NCBI GenBank assembly: GCA_003427395.1
Contig: BFEA01000012.1
Coordinates: 3,768,753-3,828,473 of the forward strand
DNA from: Chara braunii
Lineage: Eukaryota > Plantae > Charophyceae
Reading direction: 5' to 3'
Length of the DNA stretch: 59,721 bases
Positions within the stretch are counted from its first letter, which is position 1. The number at the start of each line of letters is the position of its first letter. Shown here in pieces: positions 46,701 to 59,721 of the stretch. The notes beneath the pieces are model-generated. The model ran no database searches. It saw nothing but the letters and a program-made list of their open reading frames with translations, and was not told where the DNA came from. The position numbers and the translations under genes were made by a program.

Positions 46701-49700
46701 CGTGAAGGTCCCAAGAGAAACGGTGGAGTGGCATGAGGAGAAAATAATTAGAACAAGACGGCGGAAACGCACCGTGAAGATCGACATCTTGACGGTCAAA
46801 AATATTAGCACCACTAGTGCAAGTAGCAAACGGGGAGGGCAAAAGGAAAAGAAAAAGTAAAGAATCATGAAGCAGGAGGCATGGGAGCAATCCGAAAATC
46901 TCGGATTAGCCTCCCCCAAGAAAATGGAGTCAAAAGAGGCTACATGTGAAAAATAGACCTCCGGGAGAAAATCGAAGTAGGAGGGGCTACTGTGGGAGAG
47001 AGATAAAGGAAAAAGGAAGCTTTCATGGGCACGAGGGAGCCATTATTGCAGTCCGAGATGTAACGGACTGCACCATGGGCATAGGGAGGGCCAAAACTAA
47101 GAGGAAGGTCCTATAAAAGGGTCTTAACGACCACTTGACACTTCACATGCTAGAAAAAGAAAGAAAAGAAAAGAAAAATGTGGGAGAACAAAACAAAAAG
47201 AGTGAGAGGGAGTGAGTGAGTTGGCCGTCAGTAGGGACTGCCACAAGTAGGGACTGGCAGGTCCCTACTGTCCAAGAAAGGAGAAAAAATAAAATTAAAA
47301 AAAACAAAAAAAAAAGAAAAGAAAAAAAAACCTTAACGGTAAAAAACGGTCACTTGGGGAGATACATCCGTGACCAGATACATTATGAAATATGGTGGTT
47401 ACAAAGGATTTCGATTTTTTTTTTATTTTGCGGAGAAAATCAAGAAAAATAAAAGTCCTATGCGACCGAAATACAACGGATTACGTGGGGGAGGAGAAAC
47501 ACATGTTTTAAATGCATCCGGGGCCAAAATTGAGCCCGGATTCATTTGGAAGTTTGTCGTTTCTTTTTCTTACAGCTGAGGGCTAGTTGTGGGGCAACGG
47601 GGCTAGAAAATTTACACCAATTGTAGTCCGAGTTACAACGGACTGCATGGGGAAGGAAAAACACATGTTTTAGGTGCATCCGGGATCAATATTGAGCCCG
47701 GATGGACTTGAAAATTGAGCGTTTTATTTTCTTTCAGTTCGGGGCAAGTTGTGGGGCTGGAGGACTAGGAAAATGACCATAATTGCAGTCCAATATCGGA
47801 CTGCATAAGGATGCCTAGGCTAAGAGAAAATGGACCATGGAAAGCCCAAAAGACTAGAAAAGAGTGATTTCATCATGGGGCAAATAAGGACGGTAAACGG
47901 CAACCGTGAGATGAGATCTCGCGGCCAAGAATAATCGGCACATTTGGGGCACCTAAGGAAGGGATATTGGAACCACCAAGGACAAGGAGGTTCCAAAATA
48001 AAAATGGGACATCATCCGGGACGTCGCCGGAGACTAAGTGGGTCCAAATAACAATAGTCGAAAAAAGGGACACGCGTCTGCGAGACTACTGGTGGGACAA
48101 AAAAGATGGAATTAGTACGGGGAAAACGGCGGAGAATTGAGTTGTCCCAAGGTAACCATGAGCCAACATGAGGAATGGACACGCAAAGCAAGCGGCACCG
48201 TCAAGATCTAAATCTAGACGGTGAATCTAAATATAGACGGTGAAAAATATTAGCACCACTAGTGCAATCACTAGTGGGATCAAGAGGGAGGACCGTGAGA
48301 GAAAAAAAAGCAAAATAATGGTGTTGGGAGGGCTATCCAGCAGTCCGAAATATCTCAGACTAGCTCGGCATAAGAAAATAGAGCCTCTATAAGCTCAACG
48401 TGAGAAAAAGGTTGTCCAAAGAAAATCAGAGCAAAGGGGGTTTAAAATTGGGACTTACAGAGACAAAATGAAGCCCCCTATGAACATGGGGGTGTCATTA
48501 TTGTAGTTCAAGATACAACGGCCAACTGCTGAGTCTGAATCTGGCCATGGATGAGGATCCATGACCTAGAAAAAGACTCAACAACTACTTGACACTTGCC
48601 ACACCAGAAATAAAAGAAAGGAAAAGAAAAATGAGAGAAAATGGAGGGAGAGTGAGACAAAAAGGGAGAAAAAAGTGGAGGAGAATGTGCCGGCCTATTG
48701 GGACCTGCACAGTAGGGACTGGCAGGTCCCTACTGTGACCTCATCCCTCCACATTTAATGGAGGCCAATCCGGAATGCAGAGATATGGCCCTTGAGGCAA
48801 TATCTCCACAAAATTTGAATTAAAAAAGAAAAATCAAGAGAAAATGCAAAGGGAAAATGATCGGTTTTCTTTTGGACCATGAATATGAGATTGAGATCCA
48901 TGGAGTAGGGAATATAGTCGTTTTTTATGAGGCTTACCCAAACGACTAACTCCGGAATGAGTTGGCAACCCAAAATGGAAAGAAACAAAAGAGAGAAAAA
49001 TACAAAACTGTGTATTTGGCCCAAAAAGAGGGCAAGATGCACCAAAAATTGAAAAGGAGAGCTTAGGGGTTCAAATTTGAAGCAAGGACTACTTGGGGGT
49101 AGCACGGAATATTGTAGGCCTTGGATCTCAGCCAGATCCAAGGCTGAAACAACACCGAGGAATTGGAAAATACCTCGGTCTACAAAAAATGGGGTAGAAA
49201 CTGAAAAAATTGAGAAAAATACTCACTAGGTTTTTTTCTCTCAACTGTGGTTGCCCCTTGGGCATTAGGACCCAAGGGGGCAACATTTTGAAAATGAAAA
49301 GGAGGCTGAAGGAGACCAGGAGGCAATCTGAGTTGGTACCAACCACTCGGACTGCATGTACTTGGCCAAAATGAGGTCCGGGTACCTCCGGAAGGGCCTA
49401 GTGGTGGAATTGTGCCTTGGGGGTACCTCGGTTCACCTCAAGGCACATGGGGAGGTCCATGGGCTGGCCAGAGTGCTGGTTTTAGCCTACATAAGTTGAG
49501 GATTCAATCCACCACACTCACATTTACATGAGGAGTGTCCATGCTGCCCAAGTGAGCTCATAAGAGCATTCTTTCACTTGGAGAGAGGAGAGGGGAACCC
49601 CTGCTAGTTTGAGAGCTTAGAGGAGACTGTGAGCTAGTGGAAGGAGCTCTAGAGGTTAGTGGTAGTGAGGCTGACCTAGGGAGGTGGTCCGCCATAGCCC

Positions 49701-50431
49701 CCAGGCTGTGAGGAAGGGATAGAGCTAGAGAGAGTCCCATTAGTCCTCCTAGAGGGGAGGACTCCATAGCCATAGTGAGAGAAGCTTGCCATAGCTTGAG
49801 TGAGGTTAAGAGAGGAGGAAGAGACGAGTTTGGGGAATGAGAAAGCCATAACCAACATGATTCTTGTGCAAGGAGGGGGGAGGCTTCATTAAGGTTGGTG
49901 CTTTATCTTCAAGACACTAAGGAGGTGAGCGGAAAGGAGAAGATTCTCCTTTTTTTTTTTTTTTTTTAATTTCAAAGTTCTCTTTCAATTAAATCAAATA
50001 GAGTGTAAATGGACTTCTCTTTTTTTTGAAAAAACAACCAGTGTGTTCGTTTAAACTGTCTGTTTTCTAGTAGTTGGATCACCAAGTTTTTGAAATATTC
50101 CAAATTCAATTTGAGAATCAATATCAGGATCAATACCAAATTTTTTATTTATTTATTTATTTTTCGTCTTTTTTTTTTTTTTTTTCTTCCTCATCATCTT
50201 CCTCTTCTTCTCCTTCTTCTCCTTCCTCCCCTATTTTTCTTCTCTTCTTCTTCTTCTTCTTCTTCTTCTTCTTCTTCTTCCTCTCCTTTATCTTCCTCCC
50301 CTTCCTCTGCTTCTCCTACTCTCTCTATGATCTCCCACTCTCTTCTTCTTCACCCTTTCTCCATAGAAACTTTCATATGGTTAGAGTAGATAATAGGGAT
50401 CCTCCTCACTAGTAATGATCTTCTCATGGGC

Positions 50432-51100
50432 TCTTTCTTCACTCTCATGTGAATCGTCACTTCTCCCCTTGTGATTTCATGCATTTGGGTGAGTTACACT
50501 CACTCTATTCTCATTTTCTTCCCTCTTCTTCACTTAGGAGAAAATCGCAACTCTTGTCTTTGCTTAATTTAGTGTTTAGCTGATGATTACCTCTTGTTTA
50601 GTCCATTTCTTCACTCCCATGTGAAGCGCTACTTCTCCCCTTGTGATTTCATGCATTTGAGTGAGTTACACTCGCTCTATTCTCATTGTCTCTCCTCTGC
50701 TTCACTTGGGAGCAAATCGCAAGTCTTGTCTTTGCTTAATCTAATGTTTTGATGGTGATTATCTTTTGTTTAGTCCATTTTTTCACTCCCATGTGAAGCG
50801 CTACCTCTCCCCTTGTGATCTCATGCATTTGAGTGAGTTACACTCACTCTATTCTCGTTTTCCTTCCTCTTCTTCACTTAGGAGCAAATCACAACTCTTG
50901 TCTTTGCTTAATCTAGTATTTAGATGATGATTACCTTTTGTTTAGTCCATTTCTTCACTCTCATGTGAAGCACTACTTCTCCCCTTGTGATTTCATGCAT
51001 TTGAGTGAGTTACACTCACTCTATTATGATTTTCTCTCCTCTTCTTCACTTAGGAGCAAATCGTAACTCTTATCTTTGCTTAATCTAATGTTTTGATGGT
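50432..51100. repeat. 172-bp tandem repeat x ~3.9
   Basis: TCACTC.CATGTGAA at 50439, 50611, 50783 and 50955. Confidence 0.95.
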
Positions 51101-51127
51101 TCCTTTCACCTACCTTGCTCATTTTTT

Positions 51128-51782
51128 TCACATGGTAGCATTCTGTTGCATTCTTGGTTTATATTCATGAGCTTCAAACATGTGTTTAAGCAAGTCTCAC
51201 TCACATGCATGACTCATCTCTCACATGATGACATTTCGTTTCGTTCTTGGGTGCATTCATGAACCTCAAGCATGTGTTTGAGCAAGTCTCACTCACATGC
51301 ATGACTCAACTCTCACATGATGATGTTCCATTGCATCCTTGGTTGTACTTATGAGCTTCAAGCATGTGTTTGAACAAGTCTCACTCACATGCATGACTCA
51401 TCTCTCACATGATGACATTTCTTTTCGTTCTTTGGTGCACTCATAAGATTCAAGCATGTGTTTGAGCAAGTCTCACTCACATGCATGACTTAACTCTCAC
51501 ATGATGATGTTCCGTTGCATCCTTGGTTGTACTCACGAGCTTCAAGCATGTGTTTGAGCAAGTCTCACTCACATGCATGACTCAACTCTCATAAGATGAT
51601 GTCCCATTACATTCTTGATTGTATTCATGAGATTCAAGCATGTGTTTGAGCAAGTCTCACTCACATGCATGGCTCAACTCTCACAAGTCGATGTTCCATT
51701 ACATTCTTAGTTGCCTTTTTGGGCTTCAAGCATGTGTTTGAGCGAGTCTCACTCACATGCATGACCCTTCTCTCACATGAAC
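51128..51782. repeat. 92-bp tandem repeat x 7
   Basis: CATGTGTTT at 51179, 51271, 51363, 51455, 51547, 51639 and 51731. Confidence 0.95.
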
Positions 51783-53183
51783 AGTGTTCCGATTCAACAC
51801 TTGGCTGATCTACTACTCATATACTTGTGCTTTCACTACTCACACTCTCGTTTTGTCAAGTTCGTGCCTTTGGTAGTGTACGGTTTCACACTTGGCTCAC
51901 CTTGTTCTCATACACATGTGTTTTCACCACTCACACTCTCATTTTGTCAAGTTCGTGTCTTTGGTAATGTCCCGTTTCACACTTGGCTGTTCTACTACTC
52001 ATGCACTTGTGCTTTCGCTACTCACACCCCTGTTTTGTCAAGTTCATGCACTTAGTAGTGTTCCGGTTCACACTTGGTTGATCTACTACTCATACACATG
52101 TGCTTTCACCACTCACACTCTCATTTTGTCAAGTTCATGTCTTTGGTAATGTTCCGTTTCATACTTGGTTGTTCTANTTGGTAATGTTCCGTTTCATACT
52201 TGGTTGTTCTACTACTCATACACATGTGCTTTCACCACTCACACTCTCATTTTGTCAAGTTCATGTCTTTGGCAATGTTCCGTTTCACACTTGGTTGTTC
52301 TACTACTCATGCACTTGTGCTTTCGCTACTCACACCCCCGTTTTGTCAAGTTCATCCACTTAGTAGTGTTTCGGTTCACACTTGGCTGATCTACTACTCA
52401 TACACATGTGTTTTCACCACTCACATTCTCATTTTGTCAAGTTAATGTATTTGGTAATATTCCGTTTCACACTTGGCTGTTCCACTACTCATACACATGT
52501 GCTTTCACCACTCACACTCTCATTTTTGTCAAGTTCATGTCTTGTAATGTTCCGTTCTCACTTTGTTATTCTACTACTCATGTACATGTGCTTTCACTCT
52601 CATTTTGTCAAGTTCATGCCTCCGGTAGTGTTTCGATTCACACTTGCCTGTTCTACTACTCATGCATTTATGCTTTCACCACTCACACTCTCATTTTGTC
52701 AAGTTCATGTCTTTGGTAATGTTTCGTTTCACACTTGGTTGTTCTACTACTCGTACACATATGCTTTCACCACTCACACTCTCATTTCGTCAAGTTCATG
52801 TTTTTGGTAGTGTTCCGGTTCACACTTGGCTGTTTCACTACTCATGCATTTGTGTTTTCACTACTCATAGTCTCACACTCTCAATTTGTCAAGTTCATGA
52901 CTTTGGTAATGCTCCGCTTCACAATTGGTTCTTCTACTACTCATACACTTGTGCTTTTACTACTCACACCCTCGTTTTGTCAAGCTCATGCAATTGGTAG
53001 TGTTCCGTTTCACACTTGGCTAATCTACTACTCTTATAGATGTGCTTTCACTACTTGCACTCTCAAATTGTCAAGTTCATGGCTTTGGTAATGTTCCGTT
53101 TCACACTTGGCGGTTCTACTACTCAAACATTTGGGCTTTCACTACTCACACCCCCGTTTTGTCAAGTTCATGTATTCGGTAGT
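51783..53183. repeat. 91-bp tandem repeat x ~15
   Basis: GTCAAGTTC at 51855, 51946, 52037, 52128 and onward to 53161. Confidence 0.95.
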
Positions 53184-53929
53184 AAGAAAAACAAGGGTTT
53201 GTCCTTTCAGTGTAACAACTTTGAACGCCGACTGTTTGACACTTCGTGAAGGTTGTCATTTCCACCCGATGCAGAAGGTCGTGATCACTTCCATCGCTTG
53301 TATACGTGCCGATCGGTGCTCAGCGTTGCGTACATGTAGTACTATTGGCCTCCGTTGCAGTCGTCTAATCCCACGGGACACAAGTGTCTGGGATGCATAC
53401 GACATAAGGACCTCACACGCTGCAGATATACAAATACCATGGTGCATAGGTGTTTTGGATCCATCCGACTTTACAATCTGAGACGTGAGTGCGCACCGAC
53501 CATTAAGAGTGGAAACATGCATGAAGGGTGCCGAGCAAGGTTTCCCATTCCATTCAACGCAGGCTATACACGTCAATGGTCATGTACTTATCCACCCTCT
53601 TTCGAGTCGGTGCGTTTTCGTGTTGTTTTCGTTGCGTTGCCCAGTTTCGTGGTTCTCAATGGGTCGACGCATCTATGTTGCTTCTTTATTGGTAAAGTCC
53701 AACAACTACCTCGACTCTGATGTAGGTCACCGTCTGTTGTTATGTTCGCAGGGAGAGATCGAATGCTTCTCGACACATGCTTGACAGGTGTGTTGCGACG
53801 ACGGTCAATCAGGATTTCACTCTCACGCTAGTTTGGTTGCCGTTATGCTTCCGACGGTAATAGGCAAGGAAGGGATTTATTATGGGCGACGAAATTTGAA
53901 GCATTACCGATAGTACTTCGCCTCGACTC

Positions 53930-55308
53930 GTGCCATGTACTTCCTCTGCAAAAAGATTACGTGACTTAGACCCTCAGCATCGACGAAAGAGAATACAGTT
54001 GTCCACCTCCACCACACATTCATACATATGTTCTAACATGCTTGAAGTCCACATTAGGACTGGAATCGGGGGTCTGCTTCCTAGTGTCCATTGTACATCC
54101 CGTGTTACTTCGGCATGTTCTGAAATGACCGAGATTGGGATGTCGAGCTCCGCACTCGGGGGGAATCTTGGTGAATGTAGTTATAGTGGAACGAAATACG
54201 TGAATAGTGTGAATAACTGCACTCCTGCCGCTTCATCGTTGGGAGTTATCGATGAGGGTGAAAGGGTTTCCTCATCTACCCCCCCGCAGTCTCAGGAGAG
54301 CCAAGGACAGTCTACAGATGAAACCACTAACTACTGCTATTCACAAGATAGTCAGACCTCGCGCTGTCTGTCCGGAGAAAACCGACACATACGGTACATC
54401 TTGTCGGCGCCCATGCCCAGTGAAAGAAGACCCTATTCTATGACAAACAGAACACTGACCAAACAGACACCGCATCGTCGAGCTATGGGCAAACTCAGGA
54501 TGCAGTCTTTTCAAGCAGTGCGAGGGATGCTCTGTTATAGGCGGATGTGTTGCGCTGAACTGACAGCGGAAGATGTCAGGCCGGTGCGGGAGGTGTTATA
54601 CTCGAAAATTTACACTGAAAGGACAAACTGGTGGTTGCAAACCATACATGACTTCACGGTTATGGAAGGTGGTGCTGAGCGGGTCAGCCTGTAGCTTGCA
54701 AACAGAAGATGTGCGTGCAGGCGTACTGTAATATACTCGACGTTTCTCGTAACACCTTCTATGTCTACAAAATAATGTACGGTAATGGTGTTGTCATTAA
54801 CGAGTACAGGCACTCAAGATTGTCTAAACCATCCGAAAAAGTCGTTACAAGGCTTGAATTGTTGAAACGATTCATCAACGACCACGCCGATAGTATGCCG
54901 AATGACATGGTCTGGAAACACGGAGTGTGTCATCCGCGTTGTAGGATTCCTGCGGCCTTCACAAAACGAGCAATTTATGAATCATTGCGCTCTGATATCT
55001 TCATGTGTCACACCGAAGTTGTGTTGGAGTCGACTTTCTACGCTATGTGGAGTAATCACTTCTGGCATGTCAGTCTCGCTATATCAAACACATTCATGAA
55101 GTGCGCAAAATTTATATTCTTCAAGCCGTGCATCGCTAAGTCGAAGTACGAGAGGGACCGTAAGAAATTCAAAGATAGGATGCGGAAACATCAAGAGCTG
55201 CAAGTCAACCACAGGCTAGACTATAGTCGATGCAAAATGGATTCCATCTTGCGGCAGTCCGAGTGTTAGTGCATCATTATCGACGACATGGATCAAAAGA
55301 AAACCACC
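53930..55308 (+). pseudogene. Sola-like DDE transposase pseudogene, truncated just after the first catalytic Asp motif
   Basis: C.RRMCC, MCVQAYCNILDVS, ADSMPN, IPAAFTKRAIY, STFYAMW..F..V, FMKC, H..LQ..HR..Y, and after an in-frame stop CIIIDDMDQKKT (IIIDGMDQ-type motif). The superfamily assignment is from recalled motifs. Confidence 0.65.
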
Positions 55309-55719
55309 TCTGGTCGCTCCCAGTTCCTTACCCTTATCGAGCCTGATGACATGTGTCTCCCTGTCATTTTGTGTGGATGCCCTTAGGAGTTATCGACCCC
55401 TAGGCTGCATTCGCCACCCTCAAAGCTTCGCGACACACTTCTATTGTGACATATGGTTGTTTTGTTGTTGCTTTGTTGTTCTCAAACTGAGGCTACTGCC
55501 TCTGACATTCTAGGATTTAGTTGTTTTGTTTTTGTTGTTCTAAGAACTTATACACTAGTCAGCTGTTTTGAGACTAAGGCTACCGCCTCCAACATTATAA
55601 GGTTTAGTTGTCATTACTTTCTACTTTCCTAGGACATGTATGCTAGTTAGTTGCTTCTGCTTTCACTTAGGCTGTTAGCTCTGACATTGCTGTTTCTGTG
55701 ACATTTTATATCCTAGGTT

Positions 55720-58038
55720 GTATCGCATGGACTCAGCATGGAGCTTGCTCCGCATCCTAGACTACTCAGGTTTTCTTTCTCTTTGCTAGAGTTCTGCTTC
55801 TTGGCGGAAGCATGCTTGTATCTAGGCGATCCATCACAGGCCGAGAATCATGTAGCGGACCTCTGGTTGGCCTGTGAGACCAGCTCCTTGGCCTGTTCTC
55901 ACAGGCCTGTGTTGTATTCGGGTTAGTCCAGTCCAAGTCGGTACCTCTGTCGGTACCAACCAGTCCAGTCCAGTCCATTCAGTCTGCTGGGGTATACCCC
56001 AGCTGTTGTCTGTTTTCCGATCATTCTACATTCACACATTTTGGAGTACGTGCGTTGGAGTCCAGCATGGGAGCTGCGCTGTGCCATCTCGCTCCCCCTT
56101 CTTCCTTCATCTCCATCTCTATCCCAAGCGGAGCACCACACCTGGTGCCATGCTGGTGGGTCTGCCACAATTCCTGTAGAAAGGGAACAGCAAGGCTCCA
56201 CACGCAATCAGTTGGATGGCATGAGACTCCGTAATCTAGTTTAAGGCTAGGGGGGGCTTGGGATTATAGACCCTGCTACCCAACTCCAGGCCCTCAGCCT
56301 GAGATGGATTCAGATGCTGATTGTTTTGCCCTCCTCTCCCTGGTCCCCGCTGGCCCTGGCACAAATAGGAGACCTCGCCCCAGAGATGCACCCTGAGATT
56401 GACCCGCTGGTGTGGCTCGAGGACAGATTCTGGTGCATACCACACAAACAGAGGAATGGAGAGCCAGTGGAATAATTTTGGCCATGTCTCCTAAAGACAT
56501 GGAGAAAGCTCTCTCTACCAATCAGTCCGGCGCCAGATAGGTGGGAGGAAGTCTTCGGGCAGCTCCTATTTGGTAACAAATGGATCGCCGACTCCCGAGG
56601 ACAGGTAAGATGTAGTTTTGACTCCCCATGTAAGGGGTGGGTGAGGCACGGGGTGCTTCGCGTACGGGACCTGTGAGACGTGAAAGCCAGGGATTGGAAA
56701 GAATGAGGAGGTGGCCGCACTACTGCCACCGGACCCAGGAAGCCTTGGAAGAATTAATAGAGAGCTTCCCGCTGGCATGGTATACCATTTTAAGGAATCG
56801 CCCCCGCCTGGAGGAACGGGACTGTGTAGGATTGGCAGTGATGACAGACCAGGTGGGTCGGGTTCACCTGGCGAGGCAAGAGAAGGTGTTGGTGGAATAT
56901 TTTGCGAAGGGAGGGGACGACCGCTTAACTGGGAGCAGGCAATTATTCGTATGGAGGGAGAGAAGGGAGGTCTACCGCATCAGGGTTTTGGAGGAGAACC
57001 CGGGGTGGGAGGCTTTCAGACCTAGGACTTCTATTGCAGAGCTGCCCCTGGACCCAGAGGAATGGAGGTGGAGGCAGGGTAACTCAGCGGTCTGCAGAGG
57101 GGGAGGGTCTTAGACGGAGGTGCAGTTAGCCAACTTGAAGGCAAAATCGACGTGCAGGATGCTGAGAACCAGGAGATGCCCTCCAGACATAGTGGAGGAC
57201 AGGTGGCAGCGCCAGCTAAACATTGACATGGGCATGCTAAAATCTATAAGATGGTTTCAGGAGTATATTAAGTTAAGACCAACAAAAAATTCGTCTTCGA
57301 TGCCTGCCCACCAACGATTGGCTGATTGACCATACACATTTGGAGCAGCAAGGCAGGGCTTAGCCATGGTGTCGAAGATGTATGACCATTTTCCCCCCAC
57401 AAAAGCGAGTGGAGACGGTGGAACATATCTTTATGCAGTGCCCATCGTCGGTACTGCTGTGGCGGTGGTGGGNTAGGATTTGGCAGCGGATGTTCCCTCA
57501 TCTTCCGTGGCCATGGGACTGGAGAGGAATCTTGCTAGGACACTGCCCAAACTTCCCGAAAGGTGGGTGTGCTTGGAACCTCTTCCGCCTTGGTAAAAGA
57601 TCCATACTATGGGTTATTTGGTGGAGAAGGTGTGTGTTCGAAATAGAGGGAGCCAGGGTGGAAGAGGGGGAGGTCACATAACCTTTCAAACAACTAGTAC
57701 AGGCTGAGATTATCGTCCGTTGGCAGGTTGTGAACAAGAAACTGGACAGTGTGCACTTCAGGAAGGATGCGGACCGGATTATCTCCCAGTTCGGAGACGA
57801 ATGGTTAAGGGGGAAGAGGGGGGGCTGGATAGCCAATGTGACGTGGCCGGAAGACGAGCGGATGAAACAATGTATGGTGGAGGAAGAGGTCCTCCCCACA
57901 GACGTGAAGAGGGACTACAGGTTGTTGTTTCGAGAGTGGACGACCATTGACCCGGGGATTCCTCTCAGACCGTTGCAGGACTTTGGAGGCCCCTTCCCGC
58001 CCCACCCGCTGTCAGTGGTGGAAATCCTAGATGCTTAG
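55720..58038 (+). mobile_element. 5'-truncated LINE: post-RT region and zf-RVT of ORF2, decayed
   Basis: YLGDP, QFL*KG..ISW, GGLGIIDPATQLQALSLRWIQ, ETVEHIFMQCP, LWVIWWRRC. Confidence 0.85.
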
Positions 58039-58052
58039 AACATTGGTTGTCG

Positions 58053-59540
58053 TCACAACTCTTGCCATCTCAGCGGGGGGGGGTTTTGTATTGGCCCCAT
58101 CTGTCTCCACAGTTCCACCATTGTGGTCCAGAGGGGGTCATTCTTAAGATCCCATTTGGTCTTGTTCCGGGGCGATCCATCCCTCTTGCTCCTCGGGGGG
58201 CTCGGTAATGACCATGCTGCATTGACCAGCCAGGTGAGGGGGTGAATGTGGTGGTGAGGGGGAGAGGGAGGAGCCAGGTGTGACAGTTGGATATACGCCA
58301 GGGGCTGCCAAGGGACGTCATTGGCGAGCAGCAGGTGAGTAATTATTTTAAACATCAGCGCTCTGATCTCATCACCCGGGTCGAGGATACCCTATCCCCC
58401 CACTGCCTTCGGATGGGTAATATATTTCCATGTCACTCTTTTGATGCATTTCGTTTTGGCATCATCGTTCCTCCATAAGTAGGCTGCCAATGTTTCTCGT
58501 AGGTGCGCCAGTTGCTTCACAGGGATCTGCCAAAACGCTATTTTGTACCGTATGGAGGCTAGGATAGCGTTATTTATTGCAAGCGCCCTTCCTATTAACG
58601 AGGTGGGCAGGCCATCCCATTTGGCCAGTCTTTGCAGGGTTGTTTGGATCAGAGCTTGTCCATGGTCCAACGGGGGTCCCAGGGCTGTAAGACGGACACC
58701 CAAGATCCTGATTGCCTCCTCACGAGTTCTCCAGTTGACCGGCGGGTCTTGCGGGGGTTGGGTGTTTTGTGGAGAAAGCCACCTGGTCCAGCCTTCTGTC
58801 TTTGTCCCTCAATTGACCTTCTTGTCCGCTGCTATGGCGAAGGTATGAATTGTGTCTGTCAGTGCTCTAAGGGATGCCTCCGAGGCGTTAATGAGGACCG
58901 TGAGGTCGTCGGCGAACAGGGATGTCACCAGTATGAATTGCATGGGCAGTTCTGGAATGTCTATTCTTTCAATGTTTTGGTTGACCCTGATCATCGCTAC
59001 CAATGCTTCCATCACTAGCACAAAGAGGAGCGGGGCCACCAGACCTCCTTGCCTCACCGATCTTTGGAGAGAGAACGGGGGGGAGAGGTGACCATTTACC
59101 ATGATGTTCGTTGTGGCGGACCTGTGCATGGTGGACACCCATGCTCTGAAGGTGGTCCCAAAGTTCATTTTTGCAGACAGGTATCCATGAAGTCCCAGTC
59201 CACGTGGTCGTAGGCCTTTTTGAAGTCTATGAACAACATGACCGCCTCGTTTCGATGCTGCCTAACATATTTAATTGTCTCATTCACGAGGAGGATGTTA
59301 TCCTGAATATTGCGTTGGGGCATGAATCCCGTTTGGTCTTGGAAGATCAGGTGCCTCATATGTGGTAGTAGGCAGTTCGTCAGTGCTTTGGACACCATTT
59401 TGTAAGGTAAGGGGAGGAGCGTGATTGACCTATAATTTCTAATTTCAGCTTTATCCCCTTTTTTGTACAGCAATGTGGTCACCCCCTGGGAGATCAGACC
59501 GCCAAAGGATCCTTCTGTTTGAACCACTTGCACGTATACC
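58053..59540 (-). mobile_element. LINE ORF2 reverse-transcriptase fragment (frameshift and stops)
   Basis: LLYKKGD..RNYRSITLL..YKMVSK, QTGFMPQRNIQDNI, IDFKKAYDHVDW, VRQGGLVAPLLF, LFADDL, SLIGRAL, W..ITHPKAVGG. Confidence 0.95.
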
Positions 59541-59541
59541 T

Positions 59542-59542
<1 letters not shown>

Positions 59543-59574
<32 letters not shown>

Positions 59575-59625
59575 AGTTTCTTTTTTCCCCCTTCTTTTCT
59601 TTCCCTTGTTGTCCCTCTCCCCCGA

Positions 59626-59721
<96 letters not shown>
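59543..59721. repeat. Poly(A) run and terminal poly(T) run
   Basis: A-run 59543-59573 and T-run from ~59640 to the window end. Possibly the tail of a minus-strand retroposon lying outside the window. Confidence 0.7.

Larger units (their letters stand above)
45960..53209. mobile_element. ~7.25 kb non-coding solo-LTR-like block
   Basis: Termini TGTAAGGAC..GTCCTTTCA (TG..CA, 8/9 inverted match). Internal ~1.45-kb-period duplication (AAAATATTAGCACCACTAGTGCAA at ~46799 and ~48245). Flanks GACGT/GTGTA do not form a TSD. Confidence 0.5.

Noticed and set aside
52143-52212. Exact 34-bp duplication inside the 91-bp array
   Set aside because: The two copies flank a single N (52177), typical of an unmerged contig overlap.
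51128-53183. CRISPR array, or repeat-protein ORFs
   Set aside because: Whole 91/92-bp units repeat with no unique spacers and no cas genes. The ORFs are by-products of the tandem repeat.

Overview
Repeat-dense eukaryotic DNA with no intact host gene. The plant-type rRNA/U6 remnants and the style of the LINE and cargo ORFs suggest a streptophyte, plausibly a charophyte alga such as Chara (inference). From left to right: (1) a decayed L1/Tx1-like LINE (ORF1, APE, RT; ~1.1-20.2 kb), split by a ~12.4 kb insertion of (CCT)n/(AATC)n modules carrying antisense 26S rRNA pieces; (2) nested in that insertion, a ~7.7 kb LTR-like non-coding block carrying tRNA-like heads, a U6-26S fusion, an 18S 5' piece and tandem arrays; (3) three diverged copies (663-950, 12696-12990, 27563-27265 minus) of a ~300-nt RNA structure with clear compensatory base changes; (4) a large decayed minus-strand gene region encoding a ParB/Srx-like domain, a divergent beta-class DNA amino-methyltransferase fold and a Ulp1 protease, in DNA carrying >20 copies of a 16-bp palindrome TTCGGATNNATCCGAA; (5) a ~7.25 kb TG..CA LTR-like block with 172/92/91-bp satellite arrays; (6) a Sola-like transposase pseudogene; (7) two tail-to-tail LINE fragments. 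Two hAT-like MITEs with 8-bp TSDs, two long palindromes and two assembly gaps are also present. All alignments were done by eye and coordinates marked ~ are approximate.
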